A DNA stretch of 64,000 nucleotides from Octopus sinensis (GCF_006345805.1 NC_042999.1:76570001-76634000), one strand, 5' to 3'; counted from the stretch's first letter, positions 12,901 to 27,739 are shown. Numbers and translations: made by a program. Notes: generated from the letters alone by a model not told the origin.

Positions 12901-15227
12901 ATATATATATATATATATAAACGTGTGTATATATGTATGTACGTATATATGGGTGGGGGTCAGATTTGAAATATAAGACAAATATTAGCATGTGTTTTTA
13001 GTAGACAAGCAATTTAACCTCGATGTGAAAAGTAAGCAAGGTGGTTGAAACATAATTTTTTGATAGTTTATTTACTTGCAAAAAAGGAACAAAGAGCAAT
13101 CTTTCTCTGATGAGACATTAATAAATATCGAATCTAGTTAAGTCGATCTCCTTTTTTTTTTTTTAACCACAAAAACAAAAATATGGTTTAACCACTTTGT
13201 TGATCTTTCACAGCGATACTAAATGAATGTTTACTAAAAAACACGTTCTTAAGGTTTTCCTTTCATTTCAAATTATCCTGAACTACTGCATAATGTCTCT
13301 ATTAATATACCTATGTGCATGCATGCGTATGTGCGCATGTGTATATTGACATACATTTATATCTATGCACATACACAGGGACACATATAAGTATACACAG
13401 ATGATTCTATGTATGTGTATGTATTTTTTCAGCTATGTATATGTGCGTGTGTTTGCATTTGTGGAAGGGGCGTTTTCACGTCGAAAAGAATTTCATGCGC
13501 AAAAACCCACTGCATCTATTTCTGCAGTACAACGTAACGCCACCCTCCCACCTGCTCCAGCATCATTCTCCCACAATATTAATAAGGCGAAGATGTGCAA
13601 TTTAATTAACTCATCACATACCGTCCTCATCTCCTCAACTCCACTGCTTTAATGCAAGAAGGTTTTACTAAACACTTTTGAGAGATTAAACATATATTTC
13701 TGTTGATTTCCCCCGAGGTTCGGAAACTTCATATTCACTCACTCACTCAGTCAACAGTCATCTTCATCTCCTCCTTCTCTATTTCTTGATTTTATGTTTG
13801 GTGCTTGAAATCATAAAATCCACTTCTACCATCTTATCCTGTCATCTGCTTACTACGCTTTCAGTTAGTTTCTTTTCTTCTTATTATTTTTTCGGAAGGG
13901 AGCGCGGTTGTCGTTTAACTGTTAGTTCGTACTTCACTTTTTATAGTCTTTGGTTTAGTTTTTCTGCAAGAAACATGTTGTGGTTGTTTTCTCTATACTA
14001 GATTGATGCAAATACTCACACAAACACACACACACTCTCTCTCTCACATGCACACACTTACAGACAAACACACACAGATATATGTGTATATGTATGTATG
14101 TAATTATTTTACCCTCAATTGTTGAAATTATTATATATATATATATATATATAATATATATATATTATATATATATATAATATATATATATGTATGTATG
14201 TATGTATATTCGAGTACCAACGTATGAAATTCTCGGTCCTTGAGTCACTCCATTCTGCTAAATTTTTATAAAAGTATACATGAACTCATATTTAGAGTTC
14301 TATATGTTTTGTTTGCATCATCAAACGTGTGTATATTAAGTAGGATTTTGGATGACATATCTAGAAAACATCAATGTAAGAGAACCGAAATATATTTTAT
14401 AAAATTATTATAAGGCGCTCGATTGAGATATCTCTTTACAAACAAGAAAACGATGAAGAGATTGACTAAGAGAGGCAGAACAATTACTTCATTTAGGAAG
14501 CAAGTACTGTGACGACAGAGAAAAATCTGAAAATATTACATGCTCTAGATCTTTTGTGTGCCTTAATCCCAAGCGTTAACATTTATCCAATATATAAAAT
14601 TGCCAAAACGAAAGAGAAAAAAACTTAAACGAATTGACTTGTAACATAACCTGGGAATCGCTTTAGATTCTTGGATAAGTAAATAGATTTCGTTTATCCT
14701 ACTAATAAACTTACACACAAAATCAGTATTATATTTGTAGCCTTGAGTCTAAATAAGAAAATTTGTTCACAACAGTAATGATCGAGAGACAGATAATTGT
14801 TAGATTTACTAACGACCTTACAGCAAGAATAGGAGTATCATACAATCCCATCGGTTTCGGCACTTTGCAAATTATAACTTGAAGCCAAACTAAGAATCCA
14901 ATGCTATAATTCTCGACTTTGGTAATTCTAATGGAATCATGAATACTCAAATTATCGGTTAGGTTACACTATTCCAAATTTTCACAGTGTGACGCTCGGC
15001 AAAATCTCATTAAATGGTTGAGTACAGAAACATAGGTAAAATCATTCGAGCGTAATTTGACGATTGTAATCTTATTCCTCAGATTGATTGCTGTCCAAAT
15101 ACACACACACATATACATTATTATTATTATTATTATAACTTATATATATATATATATTATAATATATATATATATACACATTACATAAAATACATTATTA
15201 TTATATTCCATATGTATATTATATATA

Positions 15228-15268
<41 letters not shown>

Positions 15269-16101
15269 CATACATTTACATGTGTGTGCGCACGTGATAT
15301 GTAAATTAAAATTACATTAATATTCTGTACCTGGAGCACTCGTTATCGGAAGTATCTATGAAGATATATACATATATATTTGAGCGTGAATGTGTGTGTG
15401 GGTGAGGGTGAGTGTGTGTGTGTATGTGGGTGTGGGGGAGGGGTGTTGGGGGTGTAGATTATTGGAAGTGGCATAGAGATATTATATATTAAGAAAAAGG
15501 TGTTCAGGGTTTAGATAAAAATTATTTATCGCTATCATCCCTTTGGGAGATTCATCATGAATATTTTTTTATAAAAAATTCATACCTTTTACATATATGT
15601 GAGTTAATTGAAAAATCTCTGGTTGCTTTTGTTTTCTTGGGTTTTGAAAAGAGGAAGTTTTGAGAGTAGTTGAGATTTTCAGTGTTACTTTGAATTTATA
15701 CGTGTGTATATAAATATGTATGTGTATGGTTGTGTATGTATGCTTGTGCGAGTACATAGTGAATTTTTGGAGGCCTGGTTAGAGAGAGAAAAAGAAAGAA
15801 AGACAGAAAGAACAAGAAAGAAAGGGGCGTTTTGTGGGATGCTTGAAATTGATGACAGGTCAAGAAGTTCAATGTTTTTTATCAATTGCAATAAATTTCT
15901 TTCAGTCATTGTGTGACTGACAGTATTTTTGGTTAGTTGTCATGTTACCCACCTGTAGAAAATAGAATCTATCAAACTGTTTCAACCAGATTACATGTAT
16001 TATTATTAACAGTGTTTTCAAAAATATTACAATAATATTTCAACAATATTATTATAATGATTTCAATAATAACTGCGGAAAGTCACTTCAGCAAGTACAT
16101 A

Positions 16102-16265
<164 letters not shown>

Positions 16266-16274
16266 TATATATAT

Positions 16275-16330
16275 ACGAGGTGTACTGGAAGTTTCTGGCT
16301 TTGGGGAAAATAAAATACAGGAGAATCCTG
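16275..16330 (+). mobile_element. Mariner TIR fragment (same family as 9136)
   Basis: TACGAGGTGTACTGGAAGTTTCTGG resembles TACACGAGGTGGTGCTGAAAAGTTCCTG. Confidence 0.45.
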
Positions 16331-16739
16331 TATATACCATAATGATGAAATGGTCACAGCTGAGAATACTTTTGAACATATGCTTGCAAACTTAGGGCTG
16401 ACCTGGGGCTAACCAACAGTAATACCAGCTTACTGATATTTTATGTCTGAAGTTAAATGTCATGCATTTATTTATAAAGCAATATAGTAATCAAAAACGT
16501 GTCGTCCACTAGCCATATCATTAAATCGGCTATCACCTCATAAAGATCATCACGCCAGTTCTTTATGCTAATTCTCTCACCAGTTGCTTTTAACATGTAT
16601 TTATTTTTTCTTCTGACATTAAATGTCTTTGGGAAATGAAATAGTCTTTTTCTGTATCTACTACCACTATATGTACATGAATAAAGTATAAGCTCGTGTA
16701 TAAATTATGCCTCTATACGCGAGTAAACATATGTGTATG

Positions 16740-16783
<44 letters not shown>

Positions 16784-16811
16784 TGATTGATTGATTGATT
16801 CTATATATATA

Positions 16812-16842
<31 letters not shown>

Positions 16843-16921
16843 CATACATACATACATACACATGCACACATAAATATATATATGTATGTATAAATAGATA
16901 TATATATATATATATATATAT

Positions 16922-17008
<87 letters not shown>

Positions 17009-17049
17009 TAGATATCTATATATGTAGAGAAAGAGTGAGAGAGATGAAC

Positions 17050-17136
17050 AGGCATGGCCTTGTGATTAAGGCGTTGCCCTCACGAGGGCGAGATTGTGCT
17101 TTCGATCCCCACACCAGGTGGTGCTCTGTGTTCTTG
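17050..17136 (+). mobile_element. tRNA-SINE head, 3'-truncated
   Basis: GGCATGGCCTTGTGATTAAGGCG (A box) .. TTTCGATCCCC (B box) .. TGTGTTCTTG. Confidence 0.65.
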
Positions 17137-17139
17137 TTC

Positions 17140-17660
17140 AACACAGAACACAACGCTGACATACGCCTATATACACCTTCACCATTTTTTTGCTTCTTTT
17201 TCTTGTACCAATTTCGCCTTTTGACCATAAAACCACAAGTGGTGTTTAAACTCTCCACCCTATCCATACATACTTTCTTTTGTCCCCCACAACCAACAAT
17301 ATTTCCCCACCCTAACCCCTTTCAATTTCTCTTCTCTTCAAATGCCAATCCCCCTATTCAATTCTGTGATTAAGCTAAATCTACTATATTATCTACCACC
17401 GACCCGTCCAACTCCTCCTTTCTCTCATTCCCCTATATTTTATTTTATTTACTTATTTATTTATTTTGCTTTCTCTTCTTTCTTCCCTTCTATTATTTAT
17501 TTCTCCTCTTATTTATATACACCTCACTTACTGTACCCTCCACACATTCTGATTGATTCTTTGGGTCAAAATACTTCGTTTCGACAATGTAGCCTTTAAT
17601 CTAATCAAGACATACTTGGCCTGAAGAATAACCGCCGGTATACAACTCACTTAGATTTTA
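17140..17660 (+). mobile_element. Penelope-like remnant: GIY-YIG fragment plus tail with broken hammerhead
   Basis: TEHNADIRLYTPSP aligns to TEHLRDVRLHSFSP of the PLE at 32993; FRLLTIKPQ resembles the GIY-YIG end motif; CTGAAGA-ACC/GGT stem at 17621-17640 lacks GAAA. Confidence 0.55.
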
Positions 17661-17899
17661 CCACTTCTCAGGTTCCAGTCACTATGAAACATATGTAACT
17701 CGGATTTCCCATATTCCATTCCGTAAGCCTTGTACTCTTTTTCGCACACTCGGCAACCCTGCTTATATACCGAGGAATATAAAAAGAACTTTTTTCAGCT
17801 CATCGTCCTTCGACAAAAGAAAAAAAGTTTTTTTTATATTCACTACGGATTGCTCAAAGCTAACTCTCTTCTTACACCACGATCCCTGGATCTTACATT

Positions 17900-17984
<85 letters not shown>

Positions 17985-17988
<4 letters not shown>

Positions 17989-18204
17989 TCTTTTATTCTT
18001 TTTTGTTTCAGTCATTTGACTGCGGCCATGCTGGAGAACTGCCTTTAGTCGAGCAAACCGACCCCAGAATTTATTCTTTGTAAGCCTAGTACATATCTAT
18101 CGGCCTCTTTTGCCGAACTGCTAGCTTACGGGGATGTAAACACACCAGCATCGGTTGTCAAGCGACGTTGGTGAGGGACAAGCACAGACACACAAACATA
18201 TACA
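17985..18204 (-). mobile_element. Family-B (CORE-like) SINE, 3' half
   Basis: TTTCAGTCATTTGACTGCGGCCATGCTGGAG..CTTTTGCCGAAC..CATCGGTTGTCAAGCGA, shared with 27643, 39615, 52735 and inverted at 32150. Confidence 0.85.
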
Positions 18205-19187
18205 GTTTATTCAGATTCTCCTTTAAGCATTTACTAACACAACCTAGTACTCCAATTATTATTGGTATGAATATAAATTCATAATTTGAATACAGAAGCT
18301 GGAGGTTTCGAAGAAGTTGCCCATAGATATCCTCTTTTTCTTTGATTTTCAAAGAGACATTTATATCTGCAGGATAGCTAACTTCTACGATGGTATATAC
18401 CTTTGCCTCTCTGTCTCAAACAACAATATCCGACACGTTATGCTTACATTTGACAGAAATTTTGATGGGAATATTCCACAAATATTCCTTGAGTTGGTGT
18501 TTATGAATGTATTTCATAACAGAGGGATTTTCTAAATTTATTTCAGGGCAGTCCTTCAGGCGGATGGCTTTGTAAATTGTTTTAGTAACAACATCGTGCC
18601 TCGTAGGTAGGTAGTACCGTGACGACAGCTGCTAATCACATGCGTAATGCATTCCACAGAAACATGACATAGACTACACATGCAGTTCCACCTTGTGATT
18701 ACCAGAGTGTCATTGTATCTCTTGTTCACCAAGTATTTTGTGGCAATTTCCTGTTCCTGGATTGGAAACACATATATAGCCTTCAAAGCGTGATGTAGTG
18801 GTCATGTGTCCAAGAGAGGTTGCGTTTCGTGTCAATTCTACTGTCTTCTTCAAGCTTCCAGGAAACATATCCATGCATAGTCTTTTTTATTTGTATGCTG
18901 AGTGCTTTCCATCCAGGTCTTCTCTGAGATAAGAGAGCCCAGCTGTTTTGGAGTCGTAGAGGAGATCATCAGGAAGAGAGTGTTTCTTGAGCAGTTCACT
19001 GCCAACAGGTAACAATGTTGCTCACTTCATTTTTCAGAACTGCATATATAGATATATTTTTGCTGCTCTTGTTTAGCAGGTGCTTCCTAGGTGATACCAT
19101 TTGGCATTCGAAGGCTGTCTGCCCTGATCTCAGGCGTCTACCACCTCCCTTTCTTCTTAGGTAGAGCCTGTCAACATTATTGTTTCT
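18205..19187 (-). mobile_element. R4/Dong-like non-LTR remnant (RT end, CCHC knuckle, RLE), cut by assembly gap
   Basis: VDRLYLRRKGGGRRL; QEQEIATKYL; CSLCHVSVECITHVISSC then RHDVVTKTIYK; YGQLLRNLQLLYSNYEFIFIPIIIGVLG, in the expected order with stops and frameshifts. Confidence 0.88.
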
Positions 19188-19287
19188 NNNNNNNNNNNNN
19201 NNNNNNNNNNNNNNNNNNNNNNNNNNNNNNNNNNNNNNNNNNNNNNNNNNNNNNNNNNNNNNNNNNNNNNNNNNNNNNNNNNNNNNN
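19188..19287. other. Assembly gap (100 N)
   Basis: Exactly 100 N, the usual placeholder for an unknown-size gap. Confidence 0.99.
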
Positions 19288-19696
19288 ATATAATATACAA
19301 CATACATATACGCTTTGCTCTGTTTACTTTTTTTTCCTCTCTTTATGATGCTGTTTTGATACTGATTTACATTTCATAAATAAATCTAGCGTTTTGTCAT
19401 AGTATCCGCGCCATCATTCAGATCACCAGTAATACAGTCCCTACTCCTGACGTGCTCATCCAGACATTACCAATATGATGATGATACCCAATGTAATGAT
19501 AATTGACATCCTAATCATCCTCATCGACATTATTACCACCATCTTAATCATTATCGTTCTCAGTAGCAACAGCAATGTACCATGTCCGTCATTGTTACAA
19601 GCATTATCGTCAGCGAGGCCGTCATCATTGTTACTTCAAATATCATATTTCATCTAATGCATGAGCCTACAACAAATTGCTCTTGCTTCATCTCTT

Positions 19697-19731
<35 letters not shown>

Positions 19732-20040
19732 ATCTAGCTATCTATCTCATTCTCACTTTCTCCATATACACACATGCATACATACATACATACTTACATA
19801 CTCACATATATATATATATATATATATAATATATATATATATATTATAGCGAGGATAACGATAATGTTATTTTTAACTCGTATGGCTTCCATTGCTAATA
19901 ACGAAAAGCTAAGATACGCTCATGTGTAAAAGTCACAAACCTAAAATTATGAAATGACAAAAATATTACTTTCTCTTAGGGGGGACTAAAAATGAAAGGA
20001 CTTTGGAAAATGGCTTAACGCAATCATATCTAACTTAGTT

Positions 20041-20185
20041 TAGGATAGGAGGATAAATCGATTAGATCGATCCTATGGCTCGTGTGAATGAAAGGCAAAG
20101 CTGCCTTCGTCAGAATTTGAACTCAGAGCGTCGGAATGCCACTAATCGTTTTGCCCGGCGTGCTAAAGAGTCTGTCAGCTCGCCA
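20041..20185 (-). mobile_element. Family-A tRNA SINE, internally deleted
   Basis: GAATTTGAACTCAGAGCG..TTTTGCCCGGCGTGCTAA..TGTCAGCTCGCC. Confidence 0.8.
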
Positions 20186-20386
20186 TCTCTCTCTCTCTCT
20201 CATTCGGTATATATATATATATATATATATTATATTATATATATATATTATATATATATATATAGATAGATAGATAGATATATATATATATATATATCGG
20301 ATAGATATAGATATAAGATAGATATATATATATATATATATACACACATAACAAATACACAGATATATATATATATTATATATATA

Positions 20387-20449
<63 letters not shown>

Positions 20450-20450
<1 letters not shown>

Positions 20451-20700
20451 TCTTAAATGAGAATGTTGCTGAAGTGACTTCGAAGTTTCGGCCAGCAAAG
20501 CCATCGTACTCGAAAAAGTATAAAGCATCTCATCAGATTAATGTAAAATTGTTTTCATTATAACTGAACATAAAAACAAGCATTAATATATATGGTAGGC
20601 AATGTACAGATAATGATCCATAACCAGAACTGGATCTAGAAGCGAGGTCAAATCAAACCTAATTGGTAATGAAAGCTAATGGCTCCCTTCGGTGTTTTCA
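20450..20700 (-). mobile_element. Possible PLE-type tail with decayed hammerhead abutting (TA)n
   Basis: Minus strand AGTACGA-TGGCTTTGCTGGCC-GAAACTTC keeps stem II, GAAA and UUC but the CUGA core is broken; the tail TCACTTCAGCAA recurs before (TA)n at ~16085. Confidence 0.35.
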
Positions 20701-21489
20701 TTGTCTGACAAGCAAGGGATGAAAAGATAAGTGATGCAATAAAGTTATAAAAAGCGGTTTTTTTCTCAGATCATCCCTCAGGCCAGACTCTACAACTATA
20801 TTATATATAAATTATATACTTAATAGCTATTGGTGTAGACTAGAATAACAGAAAAAATGTAAATATTTTAAACAATTTTACATATTTTAAAAGAAAAACA
20901 CATTTTATTGAAAACAATCCACCAAACAGAAATCAATGTTGTTCATCAGTTTTCTTGTTTTGCTTTGGTTTTTGATTTTGCGTAAAACGTAAATTCTAAA
21001 GAAGAAAAAGCATTATTTGTACAAAACAAAACTTTTTATTCCACTGATTTCTAATTCTGAAGATATATATTTCAACATACATGGATTAAATTATGTAAAA
21101 TATATTTTTTTTCTTTTTGCATATGTAAAAATCTATTTTTTCTTTTTATAACGTTATTTATACTTTAAAATTTATTCTCATAAATGTCTTTTGTTTTTCT
21201 TTCTTTTTTTTTTTTTGGTCATTTTTTTTTACTGCAAAGTCTGTAATTATGTTTTCAAAATTATTCTGACACAATAAATCTGATACTATACTTAGGTGAG
21301 ACAAAATATCTAGTTTGACTTGTTGCACAGCCAGTAATTGCAGTTTCTGCAAGTACTACATGCTACATTTAAATTTAGTTGATCTTCAAAATTATATCAG
21401 TGGTAACTTCAATAATACTTACAGTAAAAAAGATATCATCAGCATCACCATCACCACCATCATTGTTATCATCATCAAAACTAACACAG

Positions 21490-22110
21490 CTGGTTGCTCA
21501 CTTACCGTGAACTAAGTCGGCACGTTTTTTTTATTCAAGTCGAGGGCTTTGCAGAGACCTGTATACTGGCAAGTAATACTCTTTTCTTGAACTGCTTTAT
21601 TTTCATTTTTATGCCAATTTTTTGCTCACCAATTTTAATTTCTTTGCTCTCAGTACCGAGCGCACAAAAAACTACTGACAAAACATACACTTTTTTCATT
21701 GACCATCCTTTTTGATTCCTCGCTTCAAAGCTTCATATCTTGTCAGTTTTCCTCCATCTTTTCAGCGATTACCTGGCAAACTGGTAGAAATTTTAGAACC
21801 TCGGGGGAAATGCCTTCCAGTATTTATTCCCACTTTTTACGTTCTGATTTAAGTTCCTTCCGGATAGACAAAAAAAAGTACCAGTCAAGTACGGAAGTCA
21901 GGATAATTGACAAATCCCTTCCCCACAAAATTGCTGGTCTTTTGCCTAGATTAGATGCCATTCATATTGTTGCTGTTTACAGAGAAACAGATACGTAGAT
22001 CTATCGTGGAGGGCATCATGACAACTCGGCATTTAAAACAATCATCTGTTCCCTTTGGTGGGTAAAGAACGCCCTTCATATAAACCTGTCTGCAAGTCCC
22101 TTATATGGAG
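21490..22110 (-). mobile_element. R4/Dong-like RLE 3' remnant (family 1)
   Basis: TRYEALKRGIK / WSMKKVYVLSVVFCALGTESKEI; 3' UTR GCCGACTTAGTTCACGGTAAGTGA matches the copy at ~31055. Confidence 0.75.
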
Positions 22111-22261
22111 AAAGATGTGTGTGCATATGTGTGTGTGTGATTTGGAACTCACGCATGGTCGATTCCGTTTCCATTTAGGTATCAATCTGTCTTGTAACTG
22201 GTCCATTTGTCCATCCATCTAAATATCCATCTATCCAACATTCCATCAATCAAGCCATATA

Positions 22262-22775
<514 letters not shown>

Positions 22776-22929
22776 CGGATACACATACAAACACACTGAC
22801 AGAGAGACAGATTGGCAGGCAAGCAGGCAGACAGGCAGAGGAACAGGCAGAGAAACAGAGGGGCAGGCAGATGGTTAGATAACGTTGGCATATATACGTG
22901 TATGGTAGCTGTGTCTCTCCCCATTTTCG

Positions 22930-23516
22930 AGTAATTTGGGCTTTCATTTCGGAATATTAATAAATAGTATATGTAAACAGATACAAAAACTGACAGAAAC
23001 TGTGACAGATAGATTGGGAAAGATGGCGAGAGAGAGAACAGAGAATATGAGATCAAAGGCGTATGTTAGAGGTTTAAAAACGAAGTTATGGATATTAGCT
23101 GAGTATCTAAAGCAGATTTAAGTTCAGGTTGATGGTGATGATGCGGTGAGGATGAATGGTAGAATTTTATGGTGATTATGATGTTGGTGTTAGTTATAGT
23201 GATATGTAGTACGATTAGAGTTCGACTCACAGAGAGGTTGAAATATAAAAACATACAGAGGTGATAGAAACTCTGCGTGTGGGTGTAGAGAGAAAGAGAG
23301 AGAGAGAGAGAAAGAGAGATTGAGTGATAGACATAGACAGACAGTCGGACAGAATGACAGACAAAAAGAGATGGGTAGATACGGGAGAGGTAGAGCAAGA
23401 GATAGACGAGCGGGAGATTTTCTTTTTAGTAAAATAAATTGTTGAAAACGATACAGGAAAGACAATAAATGTATATGTGTTAGGATACAAACATGCACAC
23501 CACAAACACACACACC

Positions 23517-23551
<35 letters not shown>

Positions 23552-23576
23552 GTATGTGTGTATGCATGTATGTATG

Positions 23577-23638
<62 letters not shown>

Positions 23639-24133
23639 ATGTATATATATGTATATATATATATATAATATACGCTCACAAATGTTTTTCCCTTTATGCA
23701 TCTTTTCTTCTTTTACATCGACTTCACTTTCTAACAACTCCCCTTTCTCTCTATCTACCCGGGTCTATCATTCTAACTCTCATTATAATACCTACATTAT
23801 GATCATCACCAACACCATTCTAATCCAATGCTGTATCACCAATCAGTACGATATCATCATACCCATCAGTAGCATCATAAACATCACCATAATCATCGAC
23901 ATATACAAACAATTTCAGCGCATCATCAACACCAACCTGAACTTAAATCTGCTTTAGATTCTCTGCTAATATCCATAACTTCGTTTTTAAACCTCCATCA
24001 CACGTCTTTGATCTTATATTCTCAGTACTCTTCCTCACCATTTCTACCAATCTATCTATCACAATTTCTGTCAGTTTTTGTATCTATTTACCTACATATA
24101 TTGATATACAGTGATGAAAACTCAAAATTACCC
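22930..24133. mobile_element. Foldback-like element: ~260-bp diverged inverted arms around a microsatellite core
   Basis: 23069-23130 versus the reverse complement of 23934-23995 differ at only 2 of 62 positions; similarity extends to ~22930 and ~24133. Confidence 0.75.
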
Positions 24134-24199
24134 AAGAGAGAGACAGATTAAACATGTGCATACACACATGAATACACACACATAATATGCATTAAGGTA

Positions 24200-24223
24200 G
24201 ATCTGCATATATATATACATACG

Positions 24224-24255
<32 letters not shown>

Positions 24256-24536
24256 CATACATATATATACATACATACATATACATACATACATATATAT
24301 ACATACATACATATATATATATACATACATACATATATATATACATACATATACATACATACATATACATACATATACATACATACATATACATACATAT
24401 ACATACATATACATACATATACATACATACATATACTTACATATACATACATATACATACATATTCTTACATATACATATACATACATATACATACATAT
24501 ACATACATATACATACATATACATACATATACATAC

Positions 24537-24570
<34 letters not shown>
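24200..24570. repeat. (TACA)n/(TACATA)n satellite
   Basis: Read directly. Confidence 0.95.
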
Positions 24571-24572
<2 letters not shown>

Positions 24573-26082
24573 ATAATTATGTATGGGTACATGCGGACAT
24601 TCTTTGTTTCCTATTTTTCTCTCATTTATTCACCATCCTTATCATCATCGCTTGAATTCGTCTTAACTTGTCGCTTAATATCTGAAAATAAATTGTCCCG
24701 TAAAGCCAAATCTTATTACATCAAGTCTTATCTATATCTTAAGCAGTCTTTGACTGCCCTCCTCTTCATCCTCATTACATGAAACTCGGGTACTGCCGTT
24801 TTCAGTACCCCCTGCTTAATATCATGACTATTGCATCACTTGGATTCACCACTGCAACTACCATTATCGTTACCACCCCTGCTAATATGACAGTAGTAGC
24901 TACACACAATTTGGATAACTTACATAATGCTGTAGTGTATTTTTATAAAGGTTGATTTTTCACAACTTATATAAAAGGTTGCTTCGTCATTGATGACACG
25001 GAGCAAGATAACAAGAGCTTGCCAATTTTCTTAAATATCTCGAGTCACCTTTTCTTTATCATACCGCCAAAATCTGCAGCACCGTTGTAACTTAGTACAC
25101 GACAAACACACCATTCTAGAAATTTTGCCTAAATGTCCTTCAAATTTCATTCTATTGACAGTAAAACACTATACTGACATGTTGGATATTGTAACCTTTG
25201 GTATAGCAATAATGTTATTAACTAGAGGGCATTTAATAATAAGTCTATTCTGCCTGGAAAGATCCGGGATTAGACAACTAAATCTCACAGAGAGAAAGAA
25301 ACTGGATACGACCTATGATGAACCATGTCCAAATAAATGAAAACATGGGCCCAGCATGGGTTAAACAAGAATACCTACATCAACATATATAATAACCGCA
25401 ATAGTCAATCTGTTATCCAGCTCTAAATGAACTTTAATCAAGCAAATATTGATGATCAAATATGTCTAAATCGTCAAAGTAACCGTCTAATTTTTGTTCA
25501 TTTATATTTAGTTATTTATATATTTGAGTGTATTTAGAATTACATTCACCGGTGTTCCCTACATTTTTAAAATAATGTCATTGCAGGAAAATTCAGCTAC
25601 TACTTTTAACAGGTTGAAAGTCTACGTAAAAGCCCTTTTTATGCAATGTGACACAGGATGGTCTACATATGGGAGTTCATAAACGTTATTATCATGAATG
25701 TGACTCAAACAAATTTAATGTCTCTTTATTTGACGAAGCGAAAATGTGGCATTTTATTCGTTCAGTTAGAGAAGGAAAAGGAATTGCCATCTTCGATGGA
25801 TCCTAAAATCGATGATCTAGTTCATGGGTTCGCAGTTTATTGGTACTAAATACTACCAGATTAGATTTATTCACAGTTTTGTTTATGTCATTCCTTTCTT
25901 TACATGATTTATTTTAGTCTGTTTACTTTTGATAGTCCTACTTCAGCTCGGTGAGGAATAGTGAAATCAATTAAAGAAGCATGAGTAATTAGCAGACATA
26001 TTGTAAAATAATGTACAAGATCTTCAAACCTAGTTTCGATTGACTGCAATTGCCACTTTAAAGTATTTCATTTGCCTTACAG

Positions 26083-26100
26083 TCATGTTTCGTGGGAAAG
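26083..26100 (+). CDS. Candidate 18-nt micro-exon
   Basis: TATTTCATTTGCCTTACAG|TCATGTTTCGTGGGAAAG|GTATAA; stop-free in all three frames. Confidence 0.15.
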
Positions 26101-26453
26101 GTATAACTGTCAAAAACCTTTCGTCTCCAATTTCGTTCCAACGTATACGATCTTGCATTTTTTTTTCAAAGTCGAGGACAAATACAGGCAGATTTTTCCA
26201 TAGATACTTTTGAGAAACGGTGGGACTAACAATACATTTATCTTATTTTTTTCCCTCTTTAAAGTCTTACGACTGACTTCTCGAGTTGTTTCTCTACTTT
26301 TAGATATTCTACACATAACTTTTGCTACTCAGAAGTTTTCTTATTCCATCGACAAAGATTGATATTGTTTCTTCACGCTATGACATGAATTCAGCACGAC
26401 ACCATAATATATCCTTGGGCTAATCATTTATGCATAATGTGTACTTGTTTGTT

Positions 26454-26496
<43 letters not shown>

Positions 26497-26609
26497 ACAT
26501 GTAATGTGCTCGTGTGTGAATTCTTAAAGACAGGTTGTTTGAGTGTTTATTTTCTTTATGCTTCATGAATCTTCAACTGAACAATAGCTATATGCATGTA
26601 TAAGACATA

Positions 26610-26671
<62 letters not shown>

Positions 26672-27535
26672 TTACATATGTACATACATACATACTACAT
26701 AAACACATAACCACACGCATAACGTCCGTACGTAAATGCATACATTGATTTATTTAATTATTCGAAACTAGAGCCTTGACACTTATTACATTACTATTCC
26801 ATTTCTCAATACGATGAAAGTAACAGTAATCTCAAGCTAGCTAAGGAATGAAATCTCAGCTTCGAAAAAATAAGTCATGTCTACTACATATAACTAGTTC
26901 TTTTTCTTTTTCTTTTTTGTATAGTTTTTGTACATCTACGCACACACACATAGTGGGTGGTAGGGGCCCATAAATTCTTCTTCTCTAAATATATTTATAT
27001 TTTATATAGGACAGCAAAACCTTACTTCTACTACATTAGTAGGGATCTCGTGGTCTGAGGCAAGTCAGTATTAGAAGTCGTGCCTAGTGTTCAGATGAAG
27101 AATTAATATCAATGTATCCATGAGTGCTATATATAGATATTGTTCCTCCGTTTTCCCAGATAAATTAAATTAAGAAAGATTTAAATGCTTTCATTTTTTT
27201 AAGATACATTATCACTCCACTACAAGATAATTAAATCTTGTTCGTTGATTGAAAGACCTGGGTTATTCAATCGTCAATGAAAAGTTTATGGCTACAAATG
27301 TAAATGTAAAATTTAAGTAGTGAAGTCGTAAACATTAAACACTTATATATGCCGCTTGGATGTGCGCGCGCGTGTGTGCTTACAAGCAGAATATATGATT
27401 ATCCTGTAATTACATTGTTATTTGTTCAAATAATTACACAGTCGATTGCGTATATCACGATATGATGGTAACTGCAAAATTAATCTTATAATCTTACTGC
27501 ATAATTTACCGCTCCTAGAAGGAAACTTAAATGGG

Positions 27536-27627
<92 letters not shown>

Positions 27628-27642
27628 TTTTGATTACTCTTT

Positions 27643-27688
27643 TACATGTTTCAGTCATTTGACTGTGGCCATGCTGGAGCGCCGCCTT
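27643..27688 (-). mobile_element. Family-B SINE 3' tip
   Basis: TTTCAGTCATTTGACTGTGGCCATGCTGGAGCGCCGCC. Confidence 0.7.
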
Positions 27689-27705
27689 TATATATTATAT
27701 ATATC

Positions 27706-27739
<34 letters not shown>

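Noticed and set aside
18996-19348. ORFs read through the N run
   Set aside because: Artefact of the assembly gap; sequences on either side may not be adjacent.
25630-25804. Open frame ..MGVHKRYYHECDSNKFNVSLFDEAKMWHFIRSVREGKG
   Set aside because: Short, no strong donor, no recognisable homology.
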